Positions 51,551 to 64,000 of a stretch of 64,000 bases of DNA are shown here, in pieces. Under the pieces are notes generated by a model. It did no database searches. It worked only from the letters and a program-made list of their open reading frames with translations, and was not told where the DNA came from. Source of the DNA: Octopus bimaculoides (Eukaryota); contig NC_069001.1 in NCBI RefSeq assembly GCF_001194135.2, positions 33,832,227-33,896,226 on the forward strand, given 5' to 3'. How positions within the stretch are numbered: position 1 is the first letter of the stretch; each line of letters starts with the position of its first letter. The position numbers and the translations under genes were made by a program.

Positions 51551-52591
51551 TCTGCCCTTTGCAGGAAGAGAGAGAAACCAATTATTATCAATTATTTTTA
51601 TATCCTTCTCTTTTTTCTAAACTTGCATAGATTTGATGTGTCTTGAAATATTTCAACTCTTATTGCAGTCTTTTGTCATTTTGGTAACTTTATACCAGTA
51701 TTTTACAGCTGGATACCATTCTATTATCAACCTCTTTGTAGCTTGGCATTAGAGCAGCTATTTGTGGTGGGATTAAAAAGCCCACTATATCATTATCAGC
51801 CCTTATCTGGAGTTACTACCATCATAGATCCATGCAGTCAGGCTTGCAGAGTCTGCATCTCTTTCATTTCTTGTTTCTTAAAACAGTTATTCTAATTCCA
51901 ATTTTTTTCTAGCCTATAAAGTTAACTCTATTCCAGTTTTGTAACATTAAGAAAAAAATTGAATTTTTTTGAAGAACATTTACTAAAAGATGTAAATTCA
52001 CAATCCCTTGCTACCATGTAAACATATAGAAATAAAGCTAAAGAAATCTGTATCATTCAAATGTCCATCTAAGAAGTAACTGACATTCTGATAGCTTTAA
52101 TTTGTTTTACATAAAACAACTATATCTTTCATTTTCTTTTTTTTTTCTTTTTTGAAATAATACCCGATGTTTATTATGTAACTGATAGATTTGTTGTCAA
52201 ACTATAACTTTGTCAGTCTCCTGTTTTAACCTCTCTGAAGCTCATTTATTTATATCCAAATGTCAACTCATTTGTCAAAGCTAATTTTAAAAGTTGCTTT
52301 TATTATATAAGCTGTGTGTATGTAGTAAATATCTAAGCTGGTTGGTTGCAGAATTGATTGTATTTCTGAAAAAACAACGGTTTTTACTGTATTAACATTG
52401 TTACTGAACAGCAAGTATTTAATGTCAGTTATATTCAAATTTTGCAATGATACATGGCGACCAAAAACCTTTTACATAGTCTTAATAGAAATCTAAAAAT
52501 TGCTTTAAAGTGTTGCCTTCTGAAATATTCAGATATAATAGAATATAGAATTTTCAAAAAATTTAAATCAGATATATCACCTTTCCTATAA

Positions 52592-52810
52592 TATGAGGGA
52601 GTGCTGAACAATTCCTGTCTTTAAGGGCATTGCAGAAGGCCTGGTTGGAGGTCCAACTGTCTGAGTTCTTTTGCAGGACTTAGAGAGACTGAAGGATTGC
52701 TGCAATAAGTGTGTGAATCTGAGAGGTGGATATGCTGAATAAAAACATAATTAACTGATCCTCCTGCATTTTCTTTCACCCAAAGCCAGGAACTTTTTAG
52801 CATTCTTGTT
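52592..52810. mobile_element. Mariner-derived MITE (same family, opposite internal orientation)
   Basis: Starts tatgagggagtgctgaacaattcc; internal sequence is the reverse complement of the 2846 copy. Confidence 0.75.
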
Positions 52811-53336
52811 TCAAGTGGGTCCATTTAATTGAACAATGCAATCATTACATCAATTTAAATGCAGTGCTATCTTCAGCTGCGCAAATAAATAAACAGTCAT
52901 ATTGCATCATTACTTGATATCCTGTTGTTTATTTTGATTTTATTCACCTTACTTCGAGCTGTATGGATAATACTGGACTGACTTGATGCTTCAACTGAAT
53001 CTTTATATATATATATATATACATATATAAATTCAAATTATGGTAAGAATGGATACATAAGGGTGGAACAATACCGTATATCCAACACAAGATTTAATAT
53101 ATATATGTGTGTGTGTGTGTGTTCAAATCATAAACTCACTCATTTTTTGTAGAAGAGTTTCCATATATATATCCTTGGGTGGGATTGGTATATTTCTAGT
53201 AGAGATTCCCAAATGTTGTTTCTCCATTTAATCCATGCACAAAACCATATGAAAGAACCTCTCATATGGTTTTGTGGTGCATACATGCATTCTTGTCTAT
53301 ACCACCAGGATGAGATAATTAACCACCATCACTGCT

Positions 53337-53795
53337 GCATCATTTGTTGCATCTAAGAAGATAGATAAACATGAATTTATGATGACATCAAAGTTCAAGG
53401 GCAAGTGTATCACCTCATTGGTTCCCTGTTACCCACAAACAAACAACCACAGTTCCTCCAAATTTACTTTGATGTAGGACAACAAATCTGAAGGAGATGT
53501 CAACATTTCAGATGATGGGTCGTGTTAGACACAGCACTGAATGCTGCAAAAGAGAGTATATCTAATGACAGCTTCTCTGTGCATTCAAAAATCACATAGC
53601 CCCCGCAGGTTAGGGCCTGAAATACTCCAAATGGATGCATAGCATGTTGCTTAGTTGAATTAGCCTATCATTTACTCCACAAATGTTTTGTTGCCAATGC
53701 TACACTTTCCTATATCACCTATTTAAACATAACTCTAATATATTATATACAAACTATGGTATTTTAATCCTGAGCAATGCCGGGTGTCTCTGCTA

Positions 53796-53796
<1 letters not shown>
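53337..53796 (+). mobile_element. Helitron relic: RepHel N-terminal coding fragment joined to a Helitron 3' end
   Basis: SFVASKKIDKHEFMMT/KVQGQVYHLIGSLLPTNKQPQFLQIYF resembles the Helitron FKVQGQVYHRIGSLLP..FLQIYF block. 3' hairpin cctgagcaatgccggg is followed by CTAG at 53793-53796. Confidence 0.8.
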
Positions 53797-53839
<43 letters not shown>

Positions 53840-54150
53840 GAGAATGTATGTCTGTGTGTGTGTGTGTGTGTCTGTGTGAATGCCTAAAACTCTAGAACTA
53901 CACAACCAATTTCATTCAAATTTTACACATGCCTTACTTAGGGTCCCGGTTGTGTTTTAGTAAAAAAAAAATTTTAATTTCTTGCATACTTCCAGCCCAC
54001 AGCAACATCATATCTCCTCCACTATTTAAGTATTACGTGTCAAAAGTGAAACAAAAACACTCATGCCATTCGAACTGGAATCTCAAAAACATTGTCACCT
54101 TATATCTCATTCTCATTTAAGTACCACAACAGGCAAATAAAAATTACTTG
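53797..54150 (+). mobile_element. Probable 5' part of a non-autonomous Helitron directly after the CTAG end
   Basis: (TA)n-taaaattgagaatgtatgtctgtgtg..caaccaatttcattcaaattttacaca is the typical 5' layout of animal non-autonomous Helitrons; 3' boundary uncertain. Confidence 0.5.
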
Positions 54151-56989
54151 TATATATATAAATTTCAATTGGTTTGTGTATCAATGATGGATAGTTTTTT
54201 TTTATGCTACTTATCTTAGGTTTTGTCAGCATTTGTCATGTTTCCCATCATTTGTGGCTCTTTGGTTGGTAGTCAGGAACATTGTGCATACTCTAGTCTC
54301 ACAATGATACAGACAGGCAGTGTTTGTTTAAATGTCCTGAGGCTAAACACTCTCCTGATTGTTTTTACCACAGATGATATCATTCTTTAACATTAATAGC
54401 ATTATTTATCTGGATGTTACAGCTATAATAGCTAATATAGATTATTGTAATTACATAGTTTTTTTCTCTTTTCCATTCCTTGCTTTGTATCCTTATTTAC
54501 TGTTGTTGCAAACATTCTTATGTAACAGAGATTGATAAGACATTGAGCTGTGGCAGCTATGTGATATTGCATTATTTCTTTATATAATGCAGTATAATAC
54601 ATTGTAGTGTCGAAGTTTAATACAGTGCAGTGTAGTCTAAATGTGATGTGTTGCAGTGATTGAAATAGTTCTATTATTTTCATGCTTCAAATGAATGTTT
54701 TATCTTAGGGCTGCAGCTCATTCCAATAATTCCATATTAATTGTTTGTCTTTCTGTTTCATAGAAGTTCAGCTTTCACTTGGTAATGCATGTAGGCAGAA
54801 CCGAACATCCCACCCAACAATTGCTATATATATAATGTTCTGCCTGTGCAGTATCAATCATTTTAGAAGAGATAAGCTGGTTTACAATGCTTGCTCTTCT
54901 GCTACAGTCTACAATGTCTTGCCTTCTCCTTTTCTCTGCTTCTCCTCCTACTCTCCTATCCTCATTAATACAACTGTTGTCAGCAGTGAAAGTGCCATCC
55001 AACTATAAAAACATTTTGGTTCTGTTATACACAGGCTTTCCAACACACATTGTCATCACATTTCTTTACAACTGATAAAGTTGTCACTCGTCAATCCATC
55101 CATCAATAACATACTGCTGCTGATGAAGTAAAATTACCTCTAATTATTATGTTTAAAATGTAGAAACAACAGCTATTGTATTCTAACAAAAAAGAAATGT
55201 AAATAAAGGAGAGAATAATTGAAATTTTCTCATAAGCCGAACAAGCTCCTAAATCAAAACTATTATAATGTGCTTTACTCTTTGTTAGCATCAATGTTTT
55301 CACTTTTACTTCTTAATCCTATTTCATGTTGGCTAATTAGATTGAACTATTTGAATTAATTTCTTATCACAAATATAATTGAGAAGTTACAAGTAAATTT
55401 TGTTGAAATGTAATGATTTTATTTTGGTTGAGTTACCAAGCGAGGCACTGAGGTGATTTAGATTAAAACTAAATCGACTTTGTTTTTCTTTTTAATCATT
55501 AAACAAAGGTGTGATAGTTAATTGGTGAAAGTGCTCAGTTGATGATAGAAAAATCAGGTTTTGAAGTATAATCTCTTATCCTGTGTTAAATCAGAGTACA
55601 AAACTATATTTGGTACAATCTACTACGTTGTATATCACCATACCAGATGACTGTGGAGATGCTTGACTTAGTAGTTAGGGTGTCAGATTCACTATTGTAA
55701 GATTGTGGTTTCAATTCCTAGACTGGGTGATGCATTGTGTTCTTGAGCAAAACATTTTATTTCACATTGCTCCAGTCCACTCAGCTGGTAAAAAGGAGTA
55801 ACCTTGCAATAGACTGGTGTCTCATCCAGGGAGGAATTATATACATGAGAAAAATTGGGAAGCTGGCCCTATGGTCTTTACAGAGTAATGTGGACTAACC
55901 ATAGTAGATGAGTGATTTGCTATAGATGTATAACTGCTAGAACTGATGTTTACTGGTAAAACATTCGGAGCAACCTATGATTCTGTGGCTTTAACCCTGT
56001 CAATCTAAATTTCATCCTTTAAAGATGAATAATAAAAGCATCAGATAAGCAAAAAGTAAGACAAGTTTTATGTATGAATATTTGACATAGCAACTGGTTA
56101 GGTTTCACTCAAAAAGTAGCAATGGAATTGCCTTTGGATAGCAATTAATAAGAAAATGATTCAAAAGTAAAGAGGTATTTTATAAAGAAATATAATTTGT
56201 GTGGTGATGAGGAGGGGATTTAGAAGGATTACTGGCTTAAGTGGGCTTTGGAATGATATGAATTTATTCTCTTTGAGAAGAATATAATTTCAAAATAATG
56301 ACTTGCCTTTGAATGTCTCCAAGTTCCAGACTGAGGACTGGTGAACCAGATGGCTGCACCAGGCTCCAATCTGATCTGACAGCGTTTCTATAGCTGGATG
56401 CCCTTCCTAATGCTAAATAAATTCTGAGAAAGATGCCTGAGTTTATAAATTTTCAATTATACATTGATAAACTCTTTATTCAATGGTTAATGGATAAACT
56501 TACCTTTCTAAAAATATTGGTCCTTAACTGACTGAGCTGAAAGGATATCCCTGAAGACTTTATCAATTCACAAGGGAACATACATTAGGCATTTCTTTTT
56601 TTTTTTTCCAGGATTATGAAAAGATTTGAGTTAAGATGTGAAAGCTGTTATAAAGAAACCTGTTAGGTCCAACTGTAAACTGGCATGGTATCTATTTGTC
56701 TATTTACAGCTGGGCCATCAAGAATTGACTTTATTTAGAACACACTACAGCACCTGAGAAGGGATACAAACTATTAAACTTCCAACCATTCAACCATCTG
56801 TTTCATATTTATATTGTCCAGCATACACAGAATGAGTTGTTCTATAAATTAAGGTTTTTACAGGAATTATAAAAGCTAAACTTTAATCTTGACACTTTGC
56901 CGTTGATTAAGTAGTAATAGCTGCTAGTTTTAATTACTTTTGATGAGGCAAGTAACAAAACCTGTTTAAGGAAATAAATGCAAGTTGGT

Positions 56990-57260
56990 CTTTGATCTTT
57001 GTTTCTGTGTGTGTTTTTGTGTGAATTATATATGTGTGTGTGCATATATATATATATATGCGTGTGTATATATTTTTGTGTGTCCATCTACATATAAGTG
57101 TATGTTTTTGTGTGTATATATGTGTATGCGTGTGTGGTGTGTTTTTGTGTACATTTATATGTATGTATATATGTTTTTGTGTGTACATATATGTGTGTGT
57201 ATATGTTTTTGTGTGCATTATATACATGTCTGTATACACATATGTGTGTGTACATAGGTC
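56990..57260 (+). repeat. Degenerate (TG/TA) microsatellite with recurring tttttgtgtg unit
   Basis: Direct inspection. Confidence 0.9.
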
Positions 57261-57414
57261 TTTTTTAAGTCTGTCTATACAACTGTCTATATTTCCTTTT
57301 GTTATTTGATTTCATTTCTTATTCAATAATCTTGTACACACACACACACACACACCTATATAGAAACTCACACTTGATTTCATATTTCTCAAGTGTGTTT
57401 GTGATTATGTGAAC

Positions 57415-57670
57415 ACTGTTCGAAAATAATTGTTCGAAAATAATTGTTTGAAAACATTTACTTGCAAAACATTTATCTGAATGGAAAATTGTATGAAAGA
57501 AAATTATTCAAAAGGACAATCATACGAAATGTTAATTATTCTAAAATTTTTATTTTATTTAAACAAAAATGATAAAATTAAAAATCAAGTACACAAATGA
57601 TATTTATTTCAAATAACTGTTTTTCGAATAACCGTTTTCCGAATAACTGTTTTTCGAATAATTGTTTCCA
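57415..57670. repeat. Inverted arrays of 14/15-bp tandem units flanking an AT-rich spacer
   Basis: Left (tgttcgaaaataat)x3; right (ttttcgaataa[c/t]tgt)x4, which is a near reverse complement. Confidence 0.75.
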
Positions 57671-58463
57671 AGCAAACAGCTTTCATGATACAGTGTTTTT
57701 TTTATCAAGATGTGAACAGTTTTGCTTTTGACATAAATTGTGCTTAGAGAAATACATAAGTGCAGGCATTGCTGTGTGGTTAAGAAGCTGGCTTTGCAAC
57801 CATGTGGTTTCATGTTCAGTCCTGCTGGGCAGCACCTTGGACATATGTTTTCTGTATCCTCAGGCCATCTAATGCTATGTGGGTGAATTGGGTAGACTAA
57901 AACTGTAAGAAGCCTGTCATGTGTGTGCATCAGGTATGTGATGCTGACAAGCTACAAAAATAGCAAAACATTGATGTTCATCACTCTTGGATGGGACTGA
58001 GGGTGAGTTGTCTTGTCTGTCCATGATTGTAAGGTGTTTTTACACCTGGCACTTTGAATGAGTATTCTCCACTACACCAATAGCAGCTTACCAGCAAATA
58101 CACAGAACATATGTGTTAAGTATAGACGATTGATAATATAAATATAAATATATATCTTGAAAATTACTTGGTGACCCTGCTGGTGCTACTTAAAAGGCAT
58201 CCAGTCCACACTGAAGTGATTGACATTTGGAAGGGCATCCAGCCATAAAAATCATGCCAAAACTGCCCTCACCTGTGCTGCTGCCATGTAAAAGGCACTC
58301 AGTCTACTTTGCAGGGTGATTGATTTTAGGAAGGGCATCTAGCTGTAAAAACCATGCCAAAAAAGGACACAGAAGCTTGTAGTCTTCTGCCTGGCTGGCT
58401 GGCTCCTGTCAAACCATCCAACCTAAGCCGACATGGAAGGTGGATGTTAAACAATAATGATTA

Positions 58464-58522
<59 letters not shown>

Positions 58523-60704
58523 TACATACATGTGCGTGTGTCTTTGTGTTTGTATAGTGTTTGTCTCCACCTTGCTGTTTGACGAGTGATGTTGGCTTGC
58601 TTATGTTTCCATAACTTAGTGGTTTGGCAAAAGATACTGTTAGAATAAGTACCAGACTTGAAAAATAAGTAATGACATCCATTTGTTTTACTAGACTCTT
58701 CAAGGCAGTGCCCCAGCATGGCTGCAGTCCAATGACTGAAAAAATAAAAAATATAAAAAGATATCTTGGACAGAAATTGGTTATTAATTGCTAAATACCT
58801 GCAATTTTAAATAAAAAAAATATTCGGTATCCATATTATTCAAGTTTTTGATCTGTATCAGCTTAATGTTGTATCCAGAAACAATTTACTGATTTACAGC
58901 CATGAAAGAAAACAACTAGAAACAGTTGAATGTCAATGTATAAACATATGTCATGAAGGAAAGGATTAGGTATTGATGTTTTAGAAAATATGTTCTTTGT
59001 CAAGATAGATAAGTGGAGAAGAGAAGGGGAAAAAATACAGTTTGAGAATGATAAATGTGTGTGTGTGTGTGTCTGTGTGTGTTTACACATGCAGAGTGAA
59101 TAATAGCTGGATAGAAGCTTTATACTACATCAAACAACATAATGAGAGTTGCTATAAATCTAAGAACAACTGTATACTGTCAGCAAAATTAAAAATGGAT
59201 GGAAAAAAATACTTCATTTATAAACTAGACCACACATACACACTTAAGTGTATAACTAACTATATAAGTGAATTGTGGAATAAATAGGCTCATTATTCAC
59301 AGATGGATAAATTTGTACTTGTATATGGTTATGAGTAGCTGCTAAGTATAATCTAAATGACCAATTTGTAAGTTACTAAATATATGCTCAATCAGACTAC
59401 ATAAGATTGTAGTTAGTTAGTATATAGACTATATCACAATTGAGTCTGTTTAGTAGATGTGTTACACTAATGCCTCCCATGCATTATAATGAATGCAGTG
59501 GGGCTGAACCCAGAACCATGTGGTTGGGAAGCAAGCTTCTTAGCATACAGCTATGCCAGCACCTACAATTAAACTACTTTTATTATATTTTTTCTGTGAA
59601 AACAATCCCTTAAAGCAAGTTCCTATGCAGCATTAAAAGATTAAGAATGAGATTAGAGGTGTCCATTTACTTGGAAATAATACTAAATGGAGAAAATAAA
59701 ATGATGAAAAATTACTGTCTTAAAGCTGGAAGGGAACTATTTTAGAAAAAAAAAAAATGCTTGATATTTTGGGTCAGTTAATTAACATTTTTAAGAAAAA
59801 TATGTAGTTTCATTGAAATAGAAGTCAGGTCTATATTTTCCACCATTTGAGTAGAGGTATTATAGTCTTCCCATTCGTCTATCACAGACTGAACGTCAAA
59901 TTTTTAGTAGATTTTAAATGATTCTATAAAAAAAATCATATACCCTCTAATAGTTACAAGTGGGATGACTGGAGGTGGGGAGTAGTAGAGAGACATGAAA
60001 TGATATTAGATGAGGTGAGATGAATTGTTAATGGGGATGTAAGTGTTAGGATCCAGGTAAGAATGGAAGAAAATGTCAAGTGTGCTATCAGCTTCTTAAG
60101 GTCAAGTGAGGGAGTCAAGCAGGCGTTGTGACACAGGCTGAAATATGGCTATCAGGTTACAAACAAATAAATAACGAATAAAATGAATAAATTAATAAAT
60201 AAATAAAATACAAAAAAAAAATCTGTGATATGAATTTATTAGGAGTTAGTGAATGAAAAACTTACCTGAAATATTTTTCAAATGTAATTCACCTGGCCTG
60301 TCAGCTGGCCTTTCATTGTTACATCTATACTGGTTTCTCACATTCAAACTGGTTGTGTATTGTTTGCCCCATTATCTAATCCTATTGATTGTCTTTTGCT
60401 TGTCAACTTCTATTAGTTGTTTGTTAATTGTCTATTAGTGTTAAGTTTCCACTGACTGATTACTGGTTGTCTGCCCCTATTTGGTGTTCACTAGCTGTCT
60501 TTTTTTTTTGTTTCTTCAGTCTAGCTTGCAGAATTTAGAGAAGGAGCAGTTCTCCTGACTTTTGCAGGCCCTCTGAGACCGTTGAGCTTGGTATTAATAT
60601 TCTGTTTAATATGATGCAGATCAACACTTGCAGGAAAGAAATATTGGAATAGCAGGCAGATTAGAGCAAAAGGAGGCACCATACAGAAACAGATGGAGCT
60701 TATG

Positions 60705-60908
60705 GAGTCAGTGGATACCAAACATAGCTATAGAGCAGTGACACTAAAGCAGTAGATTATCAGTAGACACCAAGCACAGGTAGACAGCAGTGGACAACAA
60801 ACAAGAGAGCTAGTGAACATCAAGTAGGGTAACAGTCAATAAGTATATAAAAGGTAGATGGCTGGTGGACACTAAACAAAGGTAGACAGCAGTGAACCAG
60901 TGGACAGA
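60705..60908 (+). repeat. Degenerate minisatellite of about 27 bp (cagtggacaccaaacaaaggtagacag-like)
   Basis: Recurrent gtagacagcagtg and gtggacac/taaacaaag words. Confidence 0.6.
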
Positions 60909-60982
60909 TACGGTCTACTGTATTTAGTGTTCAAAGATATCAGATAATCATCTTTAGTTGTTGTTTAGTTCTAAGTTATGAC

Positions 60983-61370
60983 TGCTGTAGTGGAGGTGCA
61001 ATGGCCCAGTGGTTAGGGCAGCGGACTCGCGGTTTCAATTCCCATACCGGGTGTTGTGAGTGTTTATTGAGCGAAAACGCCTAAAGCTCCACGAGGCTCC
61101 GGCAGGGGATGGTGGCAAACCCTGCTGTACTCTTTCACCACAACTTTCTCTCACTCTTACTTCCTGTTTCTGTTGTGCCTGTAATTCAAAGGGTCAGCCT
61201 TGTCATACTCTATGTCACGCTGAATATCCCCGAGAACTACATAAAGGGTACACGTGTCTGTGGAGTGGTCAGCCACTTGCACGTTAATTTCATGAGCAAG
61301 CTGTTCCGTTGATCGGATCAACTGGAACCCTCGACGTCGTAAGTGACGGAGTGCCAACAACAACAACATG
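60983..61370 (+). mobile_element. SINE family D (tRNA head; conserved core TGGAGTG.TCAGCCACTTGCACGTTAATTTCA.GAGCA.GCTGTTCCGTTGATCGGATCAACTGG; (CAA)n tail)
   Basis: A box tggcccagtgg and B box ggtttcaattcc. Related copies at 4770-5360(-), 10534-10660, 28790-29080(-), 55655-55830. Confidence 0.85.
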
Positions 61371-61626
61371 ACTGCTGTATTTTTCAAAAAGGAAAATTAC
61401 AAATCTTATCATCTTGGCATAGAGGTCCAAAATCACATGCCTGTAGGCATGGCAGAGAGAGGGAGAGAGAGAGACAGACAGACATTGTCTAAAGTGACTT
61501 TGCTTTTTAAAGACTGTAGTGTGTGATTTGAGAGATTTTGGTATTATTTGTAGCAGTTTGAGCAGGCTTAATCATATTTAGTATTCTGAACCAGCAAACT
61601 AGGGATTTATTGGCCATCTCCTTGAA

Positions 61627-61846
61627 CCCTTAGCATTCAGATTTCCCTGTCAAATGTCCCACTTATTTATTCACATTGATATGAGTTAGTTCATGCATTA
61701 CTTTGTAGCTTTGAAATTCCAGTGATGTGAGTGTCTATTTTTAGAATAACACTGTAGGGTAGGTGCGAGAGGGCAGATCTGGCTAGTCTCAAGATAAAAC
61801 CAGTAGAATATTTTGGCCGGATATGGTCAGTTAAAATGCTAAAAGT
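61627..61846 (-). mobile_element. piggyBac-type MITE, inverse copy of 50885-51095
   Basis: (t)gaa|cccttagcattcag ... aatgctaaaagt|ttaa; internal reverse-complement similarity to 50885-51095. Confidence 0.65.
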
Positions 61847-62442
61847 TTAAACTATATTCATTAAAAATTTTGTCTGCTGAAGGAAGCATACAAGTGGAAT
61901 ATACTAAATGAAATATCTCAAAATCATTACAAAATGTTATAAAATAATTTTACAAACTATAATGTTGATAAGCAGAGAAGTGTGTATTGGGAAGTTCCTA
62001 AGCTGTAAAGTTGATAATGAGGATGATGATGATAGCCGTGTCTGCGCCTATGTTAATAATTATTTAGGACATCTTATTTTGATTAGAAATTTTTAGATAA
62101 TAAATATATTTACTGTCAATGATCTACAAATGAAAAAAAAACAAAACAAAGACTATAGAAATATTGGTGTAAAAAAAAACAAAACAGAAACTCACAAAAA
62201 GATTGTGAAAAACCTTTCTTAGCATATTCTTAAAGGAAATAAAATCAATTATGGAGATCATAGCCATTATAGAAAAGAATCTAAAAAATGAAGTATTTAA
62301 GAAAAAAGCTAAATTACTTCTATGAAAATAGTATCCTATTAAAAAAATATCAAAAACCAGTTTCCAACAATTTAATTTCCAATATATTCTAATTAATAAA
62401 TCTTTTTCACTATGACACAGAGCCTGATGACGTTCTACTTAG

Positions 62443-62529
62443 TCTCAAAATATTGTCAGCAGACCGATAAATATGCAGAATATTTCATTTGATCTCTACT
62501 TTGGAAGTGAATACTACAAGAAGGTGGAA
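62443..62529 (+). CDS. Candidate 87-bp internal exon SQNIVSRPINMQNISFDLYFGSEYYKKVE
   Basis: Acceptor gttctacttag|, donor GAA|gtaatg, symmetric phase 0/0, protein-like composition. Confidence 0.35.
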
Positions 62530-64000
62530 GTAATGTTAATTACTACAAATTACTTTTGAACTTACTAAACTCTACTGCCATCTTCCACTATTCATCAGTA
62601 ATCTCGTCCTGCTTATATTTTATTGCTGCTGCTGCTGCTGTGTTCTTCTAATAAATATGCAAATTATTAATAATTTTCTTCTCTTAATTTATACTCATTG
62701 TTGTTTCCCTAAATTTGAAGTGCTTCGTAATTTCATCACATCTTTAAGTTGCGTTTGTGTAAAATACTGCAAGTCTTATCTGTCTACTGTTTTTTAAATG
62801 TAATTAATTATAATTATTATAAACAACTTGGTAGCCAATTTGTAAAATGTTTTAGATGATTCAGACAGAATTCTTATAGTTTTAAAAATATTTTTTGTTA
62901 TTTTTGTTTTTATTTTTTTTTAACCATTCCTTAGTCGAAGAATATTGTTGTGTTTTGGGTGAGTCATTATGCCAATAATGATAACACACACAGGTTCAAT
63001 TCCACTTCTTTATTGCTTGTCAGTTGGTTAAATATATTACCAACTAACTAATCAATCATTTGTTTAATGTGTTACTTAATCAATTTGTTTGTTTGTCTGT
63101 CAAAAATCTAAGAATATTTTTTTATGCTTTTACTGGGCTATGGTTGTGCTGGGATACTGCCAACGGAATGAAGCTGAGGGACAAACTTTGTTTTGGTAAT
63201 GTTCTATTTGAAAATGACTGCAATTTCAATATTTTGTTCTTATCAGTCTGTATCTACACAAGCTTTACAGAGTCTGATTTTTGGAAGAAGAGAACTAACT
63301 CATTGCAGGCAAAATATCTCTTGACATTTTCCATCCATTTATTCTGGCACGAGTTGTATAGGTCTGTAACACATCATTTCTGTGGCCCAGTTCTAACAAT
63401 ACTAACCTATTTAGGATCTTTCTTGTTGTGCTTTGACTGGTATCTAACACCAACTCTGTACCTTTTCTCATCCAGCATAGACAATTCATATTATAGTTTT
63501 CCATTATATATTGGCATGAAGCATGAAATCATTGAGAGTAGAAACAAAAAGTTGAGATGCTCATGGCTTTTTCATAGGAAGAAATGGTAGGAAGAGGTTC
63601 CATCTGAAATAAAAGAATAAGATAAGATAATTTCACTTATAATGATTACTTTTTTGCATTAGTGTGGGAATGAAACTTGCTTAGGGGGTGCAAACGCAGA
63701 TCCAAAACTTTTTACAAACAAGGTCGATTTTTTTTTCTATCTTAATATCAAAACAAACACAAAGTGTAATAATTATTTTTATATTTGTACATCAATCAAT
63801 TCAGATAAATACAATAATGAAAAAGTAATGTGTCAAATCAGTCCAAAACTTTCTATGTTCATTTGTTTTGGCAATGAAGTTTTTCTGGAGGATGCTCAAA
63901 GCATTTTCATTGCCCCCTCAAAATTTTAGTGAGTGTGCTTGCACCCACTTCCACCCCCACCCCACCCTGTTCCTGGGCCTATGCTTCCTTACATACAAAG

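Noticed and set aside
57415-57670. CRISPR-like array
   Set aside because: Direct tandem units without unique spacers, eukaryotic context, no cas genes.
60993-61050. tRNA gene
   Set aside because: A/B boxes belong to a SINE head; no complete cloverleaf or anticodon arm. The same applies to other SINE heads.
62510-62585. Minus-strand start exon AAGATGGCAGTAGAGTTTA|gtaagt
   Set aside because: The nearest acceptor gives a 52-nt intron and an immediate stop; surroundings do not look like a promoter.
63300-63360. E2 ubiquitin-conjugating-like GKISLDIF motif
   Set aside because: The catalytic Cys is absent, in-frame stops flank it, and there is no HPN motif.

Overview
AT-rich eukaryotic DNA dense in repeats, with five N gaps. 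The SINE, MITE and microsatellite content matches an octopus (coleoid cephalopod) genome; this is recognised from repeat-family sequence, not from a search. No long protein-coding gene can be called with confidence, and nearly all ORF-track entries are microsatellite, SINE or gap artefacts. Most of the window is intronic or intergenic. It contains at least five tRNA-derived SINE families, mariner, piggyBac-type and hAT MITEs, and decayed mariner, hAT-like, Helitron and RTE-LINE coding relics. A CpG-retaining segment at about 12.5-22.1 kb carries several promoter and first-exon-like signals, and a few short candidate exons are scattered elsewhere. The most notable observation is at 37.8-38.2 kb and 41.3-41.7 kb. 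Four copies of a short repeat each carry a Penelope-type minimal Type I hammerhead ribozyme motif (GACAC-CUGA(U/A)GA-A-GGCUG..CAGCC-GAA-ACGU-U-GUGUU). They are arranged as two head-to-head inverted pairs whose junctions contain a tRNA B-box-like remnant, suggesting a Pol III SINE/hammerhead (retrozyme-like) hybrid element. Several other unexplained fold-back structures occur at 18.8 kb, 39.9 kb and 57.4 kb.
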